A stretch of DNA of 64,000 nucleotides from Paramoeba atlantica (taxonomy: Eukaryota > Protista > Discosea), in assembly GCA_977017575.1 (NCBI GenBank), contig CDRNVI010000051.1:248001-312000 (forward strand). The letters are read 5' to 3'. Shown here piece after piece: positions 43,077 to 53,790 of this stretch. A program made the position numbers and the translations under genes. Under the pieces are notes generated by a model, which saw nothing but the letters and a program-made list of their open reading frames with translations, was not told where the DNA came from and did not search any database. The stretch's first letter is position 1, and the number at the start of each line of letters is the position of its first letter.

Positions 43077-46000
43077 TTACCCATCTTCCCACTTGAAAAA
43101 AGTACAGCGCGAGGGATCACCCATACGCCGCGCACAGGCGTAGAATGCCCTCCCTGCCGTTCCGGTCTGCTTTGACACAAATCGTGTTGCAGGACGCTCG
43201 CACTCGCAGCATACGTCCCGGGACTTTTTGCTTGTTTTTTTCTCTGATTTCGGCTTGGGCTTTGCTGCGGTTTCTTTTCTTGCCCTTTTTGGTCTCCGTG
43301 TACTGGTTTCCGTTGTCGTCGTAGGAGAGGATCCGTGTTCACCCGACGTAAAGTTTTGTCCTCCAATTTCTGTATTTCTGCCCTCGTAGTGGTTTATTCG
43401 AGCATCGGTGTGAGATGCTCTCGAATTTTCTCTCCCCATGCTGTTTATAGTGGGCGTCTGGGGTGCAGCACGAGAAATAGTATGGAATCCTTCGCGCGCT
43501 ACCTCTTGCCCCGTGTTGGTTTGGTTTCCATTTATCCCATGTCTTTGTACCTTTCCTCTACGTTGAAAACTCAAATATGGCGCTATCTCAGGGGTACACC
43601 ACAGGCAGAGCTCCACGACGGGTTCCAGCCCCATCGGGGGACGGCCCCCGTGTTGAACAAAATCAACACGAACGTGTTGAGATTGCTGACATCGACGACA
43701 GCGCACGGCAGGCTCAATGACTGAGATTTCCCATCCCTGCGGTAACATCACAAAATACGCACACTGGGAGCATCGAAGCGTTGGGGTCGAGAGTGCATTT
43801 TGGTTCCCTTGATTTGGAGGAGACGCCGAGAGTGTAACCTTTCCTCCCTCACAGTACTCACAAGAACGAACTACGCTCGCGGCTCGTGGGGCTAGCGCAC
43901 ATTTCGTAGCTGCTGGACATTGAAAACAGCGCATCGTGTCGGCATGGGGGGAACTATTGAGAAACTCATCCGGGGGATTGGCAAAACAGTACGTGCAGAG
44001 ATAATGCGAAGTATTCTTCTCCGTGTTGGTGACTTGTATTACGGGAAACTGGCATAAGGGACAAATGTGATTCGAGGGTCGAAAAAGGCCATGCGGCGGG
44101 AGAGGAAGACGGAGTGCACAAGTTTTGCACCATCCCACACGCTCGACGCGCGGTTCCCGGGTCTCAAAAACGACAACTGGGGTGCGCTGGCAGGAGCCAC
44201 ACAGCCCAAGCGTCAGAAGCTCCCGCATCCCGGTTACTGTTTTCGAGGGAAAGTAATGCGAAACCGAACGGACTAAAATATTCGCATGAGATTGGACGTA
44301 TAAAAAGATTTCCTTGTATTGTGCCACGGCGGCTTGAATTACCTCGGTCTTGGACTTACGTCCAGCGGCGATGAGCGCAAGATCGGCTTCCATGTTCGAA
44401 CGGATGTACGGTAGCAGAAGGTCGTTTAACTCCAGCGAGGTGTACGCGTTGGTTAGCGCCAGACCCAGCTGGGTGGGCACAAAGAGCCCGGTAGGTTCGC
44501 GATTCACATAGTTCCGATCTTGTATGGTCTGGATATGAGTCGCAATCGTGGCGTCGGTGCCAATCCCGTGGGCGTCCATAAGGGAAATCAAGTCCACTTC
44601 GGAGAGTAAATTTGGTGGGGTCGTTTTTCCGGCTACGACTTCAAACCGGTCCGGTTTAAAACGGTCCCCCAGGGCTAATGGGGGAAGGGTACGGTCTTGC
44701 CATTTAGCGTACCGAAACACCTCCAGCCAGTGGGCTTCCTGGACGCAAAGCCCTCGTGCGGAGAATCTCTCCTCTCCGAGTTTCACATGAAGCAAAGTTT
44801 CGGCTCCAATCGCATCTGGACTGCATACGGCAAGAAAATGCCGTGCAATTAACTCGTAGAATTTGTATTTCTCGTCGTTGGTGTCATCGCGAGCGAGGCT
44901 TTTTAAAGGATGAATCGGAGGGTGGGCTTTATCGTCATGGGACCCGGCTCGTGGGCGGGTGTAGGTGGATTGCAGCAGCCGCTGGGCATAGGCCCCCCAT
45001 GGATTGCTGGATGGGGTTTGTACTTGGATAAAGTCACGAAGCTCCTCATTACTCGCGGAGAAAGAGTCTGTCTCAGTACGGGGGTAGGAAATAAACCCCT
45101 CCTGGTACAGGGACTCGGCGAGAGCCATGCAGCGAGTGGAGTTCATGTGCAGATGTCGTGAGGCGAGTTTTTGCAGCTCCACGGTGGCGAGCGGGACGGG
45201 ACGGAGTTTGCGTGTGGTTTTTGGGTGAACTTGTGTTACTTCTGCGCTAACATGGGAGAGGAGGATCTCGATGTCTTCGGTAGAGGCATCCGATGTGAGC
45301 GTTCTTGCACTATCGCGACCTGGTTGTTCGGCAGAAGAATCCAAAACACTGAGCACATAAAATAAGTTCACAGCCATCTCATCAAAAAGAACACCTCTAG
45401 ACCACCTAAATTCTACATTCTGGAACTCGAAAGCTATTTTCCAGAAAGCCTCCTCGACAAAAGATTCACGCTCGTGATGACGGTGAACAATGAATCCAAG
45501 AGTCGGGAACTGACACGGACCGTAGCTGACTAAATCTGGCAGCCCTTCAAACCTCTCACGCAGCTTTAGCGTTTGAAACCGCGTAAAAGCGGCACCAATA
45601 CGCAAATCAATCTCCGAACGTGCCTGGGCAGCATCGGAAAGCCGTACGTCCGGCTCTACCAAGTGGTTCAGTGCATATACAATCTCCGTTTTACGTAAAC
45701 TACTAAACTTAGCGCGTTTGATCCTTAGCCGGGGGTTCGCCCGGGTACAAACTTCCACGACCTCAAACGCAATATTCTCTCCCTCTCGATCACAATCCAG
45801 CCAGCACACCAGCACGGTGGCCTTTGTCGCGACCTGGGTTAAGTGCCTCGCGACGTCCTCAGCGTCTCGTTTCACACTTTTTTGTAGTGGTCGGGCAAAC
45901 AGCTCAACAACAGGCAACTTTTTCCATCCTTGCGCCTTTGTGGCGGCATCAAAGTCAGTCTCCATCATGTGACCAGCAACGCTGGTAACGAGCATGTGGA

Positions 46001-46187
46001 TTTTTTGATTTCTACGCCCCTCTTCGCGAGATCCACTCGCAGAGGAGCCCGATAAAGAATAATCAAACTCTAGCAGCGGATTAAATCGCGCGCAGGTGCG
46101 GGAGCTTCGAAAATGGGACCCGGCGAGCAGGTGAGTGAGCTCCCGAGCAACGCTGGGTTTCTCTGCTACGTGTAGCCACGTCTCCAT
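43077..46187 (-). CDS. TOP3A: DNA topoisomerase III alpha
   Basis: VAEKPSVA Toprim, WLDCDREGENI, SYGPCQFPTLGF, GFISYPRTET (catalytic Tyr), Zn ribbons, C-terminal GRF-type finger (GRAFYAC...CTFFKW). Confidence 0.93.
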   Translation of the reverse strand: METWLHVAEKPSVARELTHLLAGSHFRSSRTCARFNPLLEFDYSLSGSSASGSREEGRRNQKIHMLVTSVAGHMMETDFDAATKAQGWKKLPVVELFARPLQKSVKRDAEDVARHLTQVATKATVLVCWLDCDREGENIAFEVVEVCTRANPRLRIKRAKFSSLRKTEIVYALNHLVEPDVRLSDAAQARSEIDLRIGAAFTRFQTLKLRERFEGLPDLVSYGPCQFPTLGFIVHRHHERESFVEEAFWKIAFEFQNVEFRWSRGVLFDEMAVNLFYVLSVLDSSAEQPGRDSARTLTSDASTEDIEILLSHVSAEVTQVHPKTTRKLRPVPLATVELQKLASRHLHMNSTRCMALAESLYQEGFISYPRTETDSFSASNEELRDFIQVQTPSSNPWGAYAQRLLQSTYTRPRAGSHDDKAHPPIHPLKSLARDDTNDEKYKFYELIARHFLAVCSPDAIGAETLLHVKLGEERFSARGLCVQEAHWLEVFRYAKWQDRTLPPLALGDRFKPDRFEVVAGKTTPPNLLSEVDLISLMDAHGIGTDATIATHIQTIQDRNYVNREPTGLFVPTQLGLALTNAYTSLELNDLLLPYIRSNMEADLALIAAGRKSKTEVIQAAVAQYKEIFLYVQSHANILVRSVSHYFPSKTVTGMRELLTLGLCGSCQRTPVVVFETREPRVERVGWCKTCALRLPLPPHGLFRPSNHICPLCQFPVIQVTNTEKNTSHYLCTYCFANPPDEFLNSSPHADTMRCFQCPAATKCALAPRAASVVRSCEYCEGGKVTLSASPPNQGNQNALSTPTLRCSQCAYFVMLPQGWEISVIEPAVRCRRCQQSQHVRVDFVQHGGRPPMGLEPVVELCLWCTPEIAPYLSFQRRGKVQRHGINGNQTNTGQEVAREGFHTISRAAPQTPTINSMGRENSRASHTDARINHYEGRNTEIGGQNFTSGEHGSSPTTTTETSTRRPKRARKETAAKPKPKSEKKTSKKSRDVCCECERPATRFVSKQTGTAGRAFYACARRMGDPSRCTFFKWEDG

Positions 46188-46636
46188 GGGGGTATAGAGT
46201 TATTCAATGCACCCAAATGTGTGTTCTACTATATTTTTAATAGACACAGCAAGTTGGGAGGCTGGTCAAATCGGCGGAGAATGTGGCCAGAACTCATAGA
46301 AAGTGTAGCGCGATCGAGTAAAGTGAGAGACGAACTACCGGAGAGTATTGAGAAAAAGAAGGAGCGATGACGGGGGTCTGGGGAGTCATAGAAAAATAGT
46401 TGCGTAAGTAACTTGAACTAAAGAGTTTGCTCGATGCCGAATGTGAGAGTGACAGAAAAACAGGGTAAAATAACGCGTGGTGTCTGTATTTTTATTATTT
46501 CTTTATTACTCTATTTTAATATCCTTAGTTTTATTACCCTATTACTTGGCACATTTTCTAAGGCCACGAAATTCGTCCTCCATGATTCCATCAAGAGCAA
46601 CACCTACCCGGCGATTCAATTCCCTGCTCCACGCTA

Positions 46637-49243
46637 CTAGTGCAATATTCCATTCTGCAAGCGCTGAAAAGCATCATACGAGCGTGTCCTCCAGTTATCC
46701 ATGCTACACTCGACCAAATCCTTAACGGCTTGCATCAGCTGATCCTCCGAAAGCGAGAGCAGCGCACGACGCCGCAATCCCTGGGCCGCAACCCACGGAT
46801 CCTCACCCACACACGGCAGACACTGCGGATCGGTCATCTCCACAAGCGAGGCAATCCGCTCAATCTGGGGACGCAAATGCCGTAACCCCAAATACAACAA
46901 CAACTGAAACAGCAGAAACCCATCGGTGCCCATCACCTCGATATACTCCTGCGGAAGTTTAAACGGTCCGGATTCAAAATTCCATCCCCCGGGACTTGTG
47001 GTTAAGCAATACCCAAAATCAATATGCACCACGGTGCCATCCGCGCATAACAAAATATTCCCATTATGCCGGTCCCGGACTTGTAACAAATACCCCACCA
47101 GGGAGTAGGCCGCACAGCTTTCGGTAAAATTCTGCTGTGCTTTTTTAAAGCGGTCCCCCCGAGGGTTCCCATACACCTTTTCAAAGTGTTGCCGTAGACG
47201 AGGAGCGCCCCCGTCCCCCTCCCCGCTCTCCACATAGGCCCGTTTTACCCCATCCATGCTGGTGGCGTCCCTCACGCAGGTGAGGAGCCCGCAGCGGGGG
47301 CCCACCACCAGGATGTCGTAGGGGAGGAGCCGCAGCGGGAGCGCGGCCTCCCGCCACACCGCGGCGAGGGTCCCGATGAGTTGCATCGCGAACAGCTCCT
47401 GCAGCAGCGCGTCCCCGGACTTCACAATGTAGCTGCGGAGGGACCAGCCGGGGAGGTGGCTGTAGGGGGACTGGAAGCGGAGGGCGGCCTGCCGTCGCGA
47501 CCAGGGGAGGGGGGAGGGGTTGGGGTTGTGGTTGTAATCATTTCGATTCTTTTTGGTCTCATGGGACGAAGAACCACTTTGGGGGCTATGGTTGCTGTTG
47601 TTATTTTTGTTGTTGTAATCATTTTGACTCCTTTTGGTATCATGGGATGAAGAACCACTTCGGTGGTTATTGCTGTTGTTGTTATTGTTTTGATTCCCTT
47701 TGGTATCATGGGATGAAGAACCGTTTTGGTGGCTATTGTTGTTTTCATTCCTTTTGGTCTCATGGGATGAAGTACCACTTATGTGGCTATTTTCATTTTT
47801 GTTGTTGTTGCTGTTGTTGTCATTGTAGTGATGGTGATGATAGGAGGTTGATGAGGAAGAGGAGGAGGAGAGATAATGAGAGAGAGGTTCGATGATGGGG
47901 AGGGGGGTTGTTGGGGTGAGAGGGGTTGGATGCGTTTTTTGTGGCTGTTGCGCTGTGGATGTATCGGGGATAGGTGTTGCTGGGGATGGTTCTTCTTGTG
48001 TAGGTGAGCTGTTCTCACGTACAGGTACGCCGTTGTCTTGTACAGGGTTGCTTGCTAAAATGTTGTCCTCCAACTGTGCGGGAGAAATTTCGCCCAGGGT
48101 TCTGGATGTGTCCACTTGCATCTCAACTAACACTTCATATGGCGTTCGACTTCGTGTATTGAATATATTTCCCCCTTGAGGAACAACGCGGAGGACGCGA
48201 TGGAGTGGCGAGCTAGGGATTGAAATAGGGAGCAATAAGGCATCCTGCACAGTAAATTGACCCACCGTGGGTCGTATGAAATCATTCAGAGTGTCGAGCA
48301 TGTGCGTCATTGTGCTTTGCTGCTCCTGGGGGGAGCTACTGTGTGCTAAACATCGTGAAATGCGAGCAAGCGATTCAAGAAAAAAGAACGTCCGACGTTG
48401 TACCGTATTTGGAACTGCTACTGATGCTATGCGCAACACTCTATCGAGTCTGCGCCGGATTTCTGTGTCGTTTGGATGAAACTCCATAACAGTTCGCGTC
48501 AGAAGAATCATACGCATACATAAATAAGGCGATGTGGAGCACGTAGATTCTAGAAATCCTAATATCCATTCATGTGCTGCGTCCGCTTCCGCATGGTTAC
48601 TGGAAGGAGAATTCACCAACAGGTAGATCATAGTAGGGAGAAACCAATGAACGGTATCATAGTCCGTCTGATTTCCGTCATCGCTGAAAGATGTGGAAAG
48701 AATGCCCAGATTCCCTCCATTATTTGGAAGGGAGTGCAATTTTAAAAAGGGAGGTGATAATGGAGAAATACCAATCTTTTCGGAAATCATTTCCTCTGGA
48801 TCGATTTCGGCACGACGTGGAAAACCCATGTGCTCTGGTGGGTTGGAATTTACATCTTCCTTTGGCTCTAAAACATTCAGCTGTGTATCAGCTGAAATGC
48901 TGGATCGCTTAATGCGAGATCCAGCTAGATTAGTCTTTGTAGAACCCCCTCCAGAGCCCAAGAAAAAACTCTCGGAAAGAGATATTTGCCTCGGGTTATC
49001 ATGCCGCACTTTGTTCAAGCGATCGACACCGCCAAGTGAAACAATCGAATACTTTTTATTCCACTTCCTTGCGTTTCTGTGATTCGTTTTTAACACTTTT
49101 ACGTGTGTTTCGGGAGGTCCCGCCACTGCCTGAAAGGATTCATCTATTTCCGCGTTGACATCATCAGGAAGCCTTGGAGAAGAAACACCGACACGAAGCT
49201 CGGTTAACCAACGCCACAAGTTGTGTGCTCCCGCGGGCTCCAT
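46637..49243 (-). CDS. Phosphatidylinositol 4-kinase III beta-like
   Basis: IVKSGDALLQELFAMQLI, QVRDRHNGNILL, HIDFGY, PGGWNFESGPFKL; low-complexity Asn/Ser insert. First ATG is 49243. Confidence 0.92.
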   Translation of the reverse strand: MEPAGAHNLWRWLTELRVGVSSPRLPDDVNAEIDESFQAVAGPPETHVKVLKTNHRNARKWNKKYSIVSLGGVDRLNKVRHDNPRQISLSESFFLGSGGGSTKTNLAGSRIKRSSISADTQLNVLEPKEDVNSNPPEHMGFPRRAEIDPEEMISEKIGISPLSPPFLKLHSLPNNGGNLGILSTSFSDDGNQTDYDTVHWFLPTMIYLLVNSPSSNHAEADAAHEWILGFLESTCSTSPYLCMRMILLTRTVMEFHPNDTEIRRRLDRVLRIASVAVPNTVQRRTFFFLESLARISRCLAHSSSPQEQQSTMTHMLDTLNDFIRPTVGQFTVQDALLLPISIPSSPLHRVLRVVPQGGNIFNTRSRTPYEVLVEMQVDTSRTLGEISPAQLEDNILASNPVQDNGVPVRENSSPTQEEPSPATPIPDTSTAQQPQKTHPTPLTPTTPLPIIEPLSHYLSSSSSSSTSYHHHHYNDNNSNNNKNENSHISGTSSHETKRNENNNSHQNGSSSHDTKGNQNNNNNSNNHRSGSSSHDTKRSQNDYNNKNNNSNHSPQSGSSSHETKKNRNDYNHNPNPSPLPWSRRQAALRFQSPYSHLPGWSLRSYIVKSGDALLQELFAMQLIGTLAAVWREAALPLRLLPYDILVVGPRCGLLTCVRDATSMDGVKRAYVESGEGDGGAPRLRQHFEKVYGNPRGDRFKKAQQNFTESCAAYSLVGYLLQVRDRHNGNILLCADGTVVHIDFGYCLTTSPGGWNFESGPFKLPQEYIEVMGTDGFLLFQLLLYLGLRHLRPQIERIASLVEMTDPQCLPCVGEDPWVAAQGLRRRALLSLSEDQLMQAVKDLVECSMDNWRTRSYDAFQRLQNGILH
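47545..47830 (-). repeat. Coding repeat within PI4K: four (N-rich)-GxSSH(D/E)TK units
   Basis: Translated SGTSSHETKRN, NGSSSHDTKGN, SGSSSHDTKRS and SGSSSHETKKN, separated by poly-Asn. Confidence 0.9.
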
Positions 49244-49787
49244 GTAACCCCTTACCACCGAATGCCTACACGCATGTGATATTCATGAGGGGCTTCGTAA
49301 AAAAGCACTTTTTTAAATCTCCTAAAGATTGAAGAAAGGGTGAAAAAACTGGCTGAAAAAACATCTAACGTTCTTAGTTAAGAGAAATAATTAAATTTCT
49401 AAAGCCAACGAATCATGAAATCAGTGAAACCGATTCTTTAATCCCCAGTAAAGATCTGCAAAAAGACGTCTTGAAGTACTGTTTCCACATGGAGGGCCCA
49501 GGTGCAATTTCATGTGATCTCCTTTGATCCCGCGAGCCTTGGAAGAGTTTCACGTGATTTCTCATGGCATAAATGCTGTGAATGAAAAAAATAGTTTTTT
49601 TCAAAACACTACGTGACTTCAGGGCTTCCCCGACAATTGAGTGCTACCTGAAGTTCTCTCTTTAGCCGAAGTATTCAACACGCAATGCTGTAGCACTGTA
49701 CTGCTGTAGTTGTACTGTACAGTTGTAGTACTGTACTAGAAAGGCGCATGGAAATAGGTAAGACATTATGTTCAATATGTGCAATTC

Positions 49788-50891
49788 TTATCTTCCCCAC
49801 CTGCGCGAGCGACTAGGATATTCTTTAAGAACGATGTTTCGAAATCGGTCTCGGGTAAGTTGCGGCCATAAGGTTTCTTCGAAAAATAGTTCACTGAAGC
49901 ATCCTTGCCATAGTAAGAAATTACTCATTCGTTGTTCACCTGACGTGCGCAGAATGAGGTCCGGATCTTGATTGCCTCTTGTCGCAAGATACGACTCAAA
50001 AGATTTCTCCGTTAAGCTGCTTATGTCGTAGTGCGGATCATCTATAGCCTTTTGTGCAATTTTATAAACCGCGTTCAATATCTCACTACGCGCCCCGTAA
50101 CTGACGCATAGATTTATCGTCATCGCGCTATGACTTTCCGTTATTTTTTCCAACTTGCACATTAGCTCCTGAATATGATCTGGAATTTTTCCCCGATCAG
50201 TGATCAGAAATCGTACCCTCGCATGATGTTTCGCCGCAAAATCTTGCATCTCTGGAATGTACGACTCTAAAACATCCAACAAGACTTCGATTTCATTTGG
50301 ATCCCGATTCCAGTTTTCAGTAGAGAAAGCAAACGCCGTAATGGTGGTAATATCTAATTCAAGACACCAGTCCAGCACTTCTAGCAATTTCTGTGCCCCT
50401 GCTATGTGGCCCTGCGATGGAAGGGCACAAAATCTTTTTCCGTATCGACGATTGCCATCCATAATAAGTCCTAAGTGTCGTACGCGATTCTTCGGTAAGT
50501 CATTCGTAAACAAGGATCTTTTCTTGGAACGGATAGACGGTGACAAGTTTACCGAATTTTCCTTTTTGGTGACACAGCTATTTAAACTTGCCTTTGACAA
50601 CTCTTCAACAAAAGTAGGCAGGAAATAGTTTCTAGACACAACCGATGAAAAGCTGTTAAATACGGTACAAAAGATGCCTCCAGCGATGCTAGATTGCGTT
50701 AGAGGATTATAAATCCGTTTGTTCTCAATATTGTATCGAATTGAAACAAAGACAATCATCCACAGAAGAACGCACACAATAGAGGTTAGGAATTCGGGAA
50801 AAGTATGACGAACAGCATAATTGTTTAAAGCAGAGCTTGACCGGATAGTTCCTGGAGCTAACGCGCCATAGAGAGAGCGAATATCAAGCAT
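49788..50891 (-). CDS. cis-prenyltransferase (dehydrodolichyl/undecaprenyl diphosphate synthase family)
   Basis: HLGLIMDGNRRY, GHIAG, FAFSTENWNR, SYGARSEI, PDLILRTSGEQRMSNFLLWQ; hydrophobic N-terminal segments. Confidence 0.95.
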   Translation of the reverse strand: MLDIRSLYGALAPGTIRSSSALNNYAVRHTFPEFLTSIVCVLLWMIVFVSIRYNIENKRIYNPLTQSSIAGGIFCTVFNSFSSVVSRNYFLPTFVEELSKASLNSCVTKKENSVNLSPSIRSKKRSLFTNDLPKNRVRHLGLIMDGNRRYGKRFCALPSQGHIAGAQKLLEVLDWCLELDITTITAFAFSTENWNRDPNEIEVLLDVLESYIPEMQDFAAKHHARVRFLITDRGKIPDHIQELMCKLEKITESHSAMTINLCVSYGARSEILNAVYKIAQKAIDDPHYDISSLTEKSFESYLATRGNQDPDLILRTSGEQRMSNFLLWQGCFSELFFEETLWPQLTRDRFRNIVLKEYPSRSRRWGR

Positions 50892-51125
50892 GCATGTATC
50901 GCACCTAATGAAAAAGTGGTGGTACGTGTAGAAACTAGCACGCTCGAGTGCGTATTTGAGATGTACTTATAGTATTTAGGTCACATACAAACATCAACTA
51001 CATTGACACATCCAGGTGTGCTATACGTTTTCAAAAAGGGAAACGTTCAGTGCTCTTCAATATTTTTTATGTGTTCTGAATTTACAGTCACATTGACTAT
51101 TTCACACAGCCCTTCCCTTTTTGCC

Positions 51126-51716
51126 TCAATACCCCCGCATCGGGGAGTACCCTTGCATGTGGTCGGAAAGTTGCCACATTAGCGTCCTTTTCTTCTTCCA
51201 CCCATGGGCCCTTCCCCCACACCGTTCCCCGACCACACTCTTGTCCGCGGATCGGAAACCCGCGGACCTCGACAGCTCACCGCCCGCCTGGCTGTGGTAC
51301 GGTTTCACCGTACTCAGGGGTCTCCAAACCTTCATACGGTCCGGGACCCACTCAGGGTAACACAGTTGGGTTAAGTGGGTTACGTTGGTACGTGGGAGTG
51401 GGCGACCCGCTCCATCTCCCATATCCCATGCCCCGCGTGTGCCTTTCCCGGCATGCATCCGGAACAGCTCCTTTTGTCTCTCCTCTCGTAGTTTCTGTTT
51501 TTGTGCAAAAGGGAGGTTGACGGGGAGCAGGGCGTGACGCACGGGCCACAGGAAGTGCCACCCGCTGTGGGTGAGGTCACGTTCCTCGACGAGCGTGGGG
51601 AGGGGGGTGCGGGCCGAGGAGACCCGGTGGAGGGGGGGAGGGGGGGCGAGTAGACCACGGAGACGAACCCCGGTGAGGGACTCACGCCACGCGGTGATGG
51701 AGATGGGGTATTGCAT
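51126..51716 (-). CDS. Hypothetical basic protein (possibly mitochondrial)
   Basis: 196-aa ATG ORF in a GC-rich island on the cluster strand; Arg-rich N-terminus; no family recognised. Confidence 0.55.
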   Translation of the reverse strand: MQYPISITAWRESLTGVRLRGLLAPPPPLHRVSSARTPLPTLVEERDLTHSGWHFLWPVRHALLPVNLPFAQKQKLREERQKELFRMHAGKGTRGAWDMGDGAGRPLPRTNVTHLTQLCYPEWVPDRMKVWRPLSTVKPYHSQAGGELSRSAGFRSADKSVVGERCGGRAHGWKKKRTLMWQLSDHMQGYSPMRGY

Positions 51717-51812
51717 ACTAAAAAAACGTGGAAAAGGTACCCAAACTTATATTTTGTTTCTGGAATTCAAATTCCGTTTCTGCATGAGTTCAACACATGT
51801 CTTATTGATGTA

Positions 51813-52917
51813 CTGTGACCCCCCCTTTAATACGGACAGATTTTTGGACATTGTCCGTATTAATGGGGGGGTACTAAAGATAAGAAAGTGACCCTGTTTT
51901 TAAGCTAAAAAATGCGACAAAGAAGTTTCGCGCCGCTTTGCGGCGCCTATTTTTTTTGATGAAATTGGTGAAGGGGGGTGATCTGTAGGGGAAATAAATT
52001 TTACGAGCACGACCCAGACTAAAGTGGACGAGGGAGATACTAAACCACAGTGCAGTTTAACATTCCGGGGAGAATGTTAAGTAGCTACAGGAATGTTAAC
52101 TTTTTTTTGAGTTTGGTAATCATATTCTTCAAAACAATGATGGCATAAAAGTTAACATACCTGTAGCAAGATATCTGTAACAAGATAACGTACCGGGGGG
52201 TATGTTATCCTGTAACACCATTTACAGGATAATGAGACGTTTCCTTCAGGAAGTAAAAAGTTCGATTATTTTGAGTCGCCTTTTTCCGATATACCGTAGA
52301 CCCACAAGTAATAGACCCCCCAGTAACAAGGATTTGGCTTGGGAGGGTGGCACAAGGGGGGAGGGGGATTTGTGCGGGGTAAGGGCGGTTGCGCGGGAGC
52401 GAGTGTTCTTCTTTTACCCTAAATGGGTTGCCCGGGCTGCTCCGATTTTTCATGCACTGATAAGTGGTCCAATACTTTGCTTTATATGGCAACGGAAGAC
52501 AGCATCATATTCCGGATAAAAATCATACTCTTATGTATGAGGCCGTTACTTGTTCGCAAGGTCATGAGACACGGGTACGTACTCTTAAGGAAGATCATTG
52601 GTTATGCTTCGATATAAAGTGCCGCGGTAAAACTTAATTTTGGGAACCTCTTCTGATGGCCGCACATGGGCGCACCGCAAACCAGGTTTTTAAAGTCTTA
52701 TACGGCATCACTTCTGTAGCCGGCTACTGATCTCAACGAAGAGTGGACTTGGGGCAAAAGCGATCACTCGGCTGACAAACATCCCTTTGAGTCGTGCTCT
52801 CGAACAATGAAAAGCGAAAAAATAAAAATCGAAGGTTTTCCTTCCAAAAAACTTCAAAAAATTCCGTATTAAAGGGGGGGATCAGGGGGGTCCGCATTAA
52901 AGGGGGGGGGGTCACAG
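51813..52917. mobile_element. Non-autonomous TIR element, 1105 bp, TA target duplication, with nested repeats
   Basis: TA|ctgtgacccccc.tttaatacgga ... tccgcattaaaggggggggggtcacag|TA; internal 21-bp inverted pair at 52084-52104 / 52147-52167; 52011-52044 matches 11555-11588. Confidence 0.85.
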
Positions 52918-53053
52918 TATTGAAAAGAGAACGCAAGACACTTTTTTATTTCGAACACCGCTCTCTTGTGTTGCAGTAATATTCAAATTTGTTTGTTTGG
53001 ATGATTTACATTCACAGAATAAATGTAAATGTGTATAAACATAGTAAATGTAA

Positions 53054-53506
53054 ATGTGGGTAAATTCCACTGTAAAAGAGGGGGCGAACCAAATTACACC
53101 CCCTTTTACACTTCGACTTGCAACAATACAGAAACCCCCCGCCCGGCTCTCGCAGGAAACTGAATTGAGACCAGATGAATGGGTAAAGTTGCATAATGGG
53201 GCGGAATTCATTATCGAGTTGACTTCCCCATGGGAAGAAAACTTTTCCGATGTTCACGAGCGGAAGGTTCGTAAGCATTCGTTCATCTACAATCAGAGAA
53301 AGCTTATTAATCGATCTACATTTTTACTGGTATTTGAGGTAGGCGCAAGAGGAAACTCCACTACTCGCGTGTAAAACTCTCTTTTCGGAGGAGACAAGAG
53401 CCTTGCCTCCGAATGTAGGGAAACAATGGTTCAGCGCGCTATCAGGGGAAGCCTCGTAATATATCCGCACCGCCAGAACCCTACGTGGGAGCTTTTAGTG
53501 AAATAA
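53054..53506 (+). pseudogene. Second 3-prime fragment of the RLE-type non-LTR element
   Basis: LRPDEWVKLHNGAEFIIELTSPWEENFSDVHERKVRKH...FEVGARG; frameshift near 53370; ends NPTWELLVK*. Paralog of 26290-26787. Confidence 0.82.
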
Positions 53507-53760
53507 CAAAACTAGCAAAACATTGCGAGATCCAATGTGTTTACGAAACCACATTCGGAAATCTCAATTGAAAATCTGAAAGGGAAAATCGTAGAGACAG
53601 TGAAGCGAATTACCCGTACGATGGATACGTACACGTACAAATGGGTAATGGTACATACGTACATGCATGTCCACTGCGGCGTTCCACTTCGGGTGTGACG
53701 CTCTCGCACTCGCTTATGGAACTTTCTTTGAAGGTGGTTCAAGGGTTGAGGAACTCTCTT

Positions 53761-53790
53761 TAACGATAAAGATACAGTTTCTGTATCTTG
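53761..53790 (+). other. Spliced-leader-like sequence relic (tentative)
   Basis: taacgataaaGATACAGTTTCTGTAtcttg shares TAACG and a 15-nt exact run with the trypanosomatid SL exon as recalled (AACTAACGCTATTATTGATACAGTTTCTGTACTATATTG); it is also part of a local 9-bp hairpin. Confidence 0.3.
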
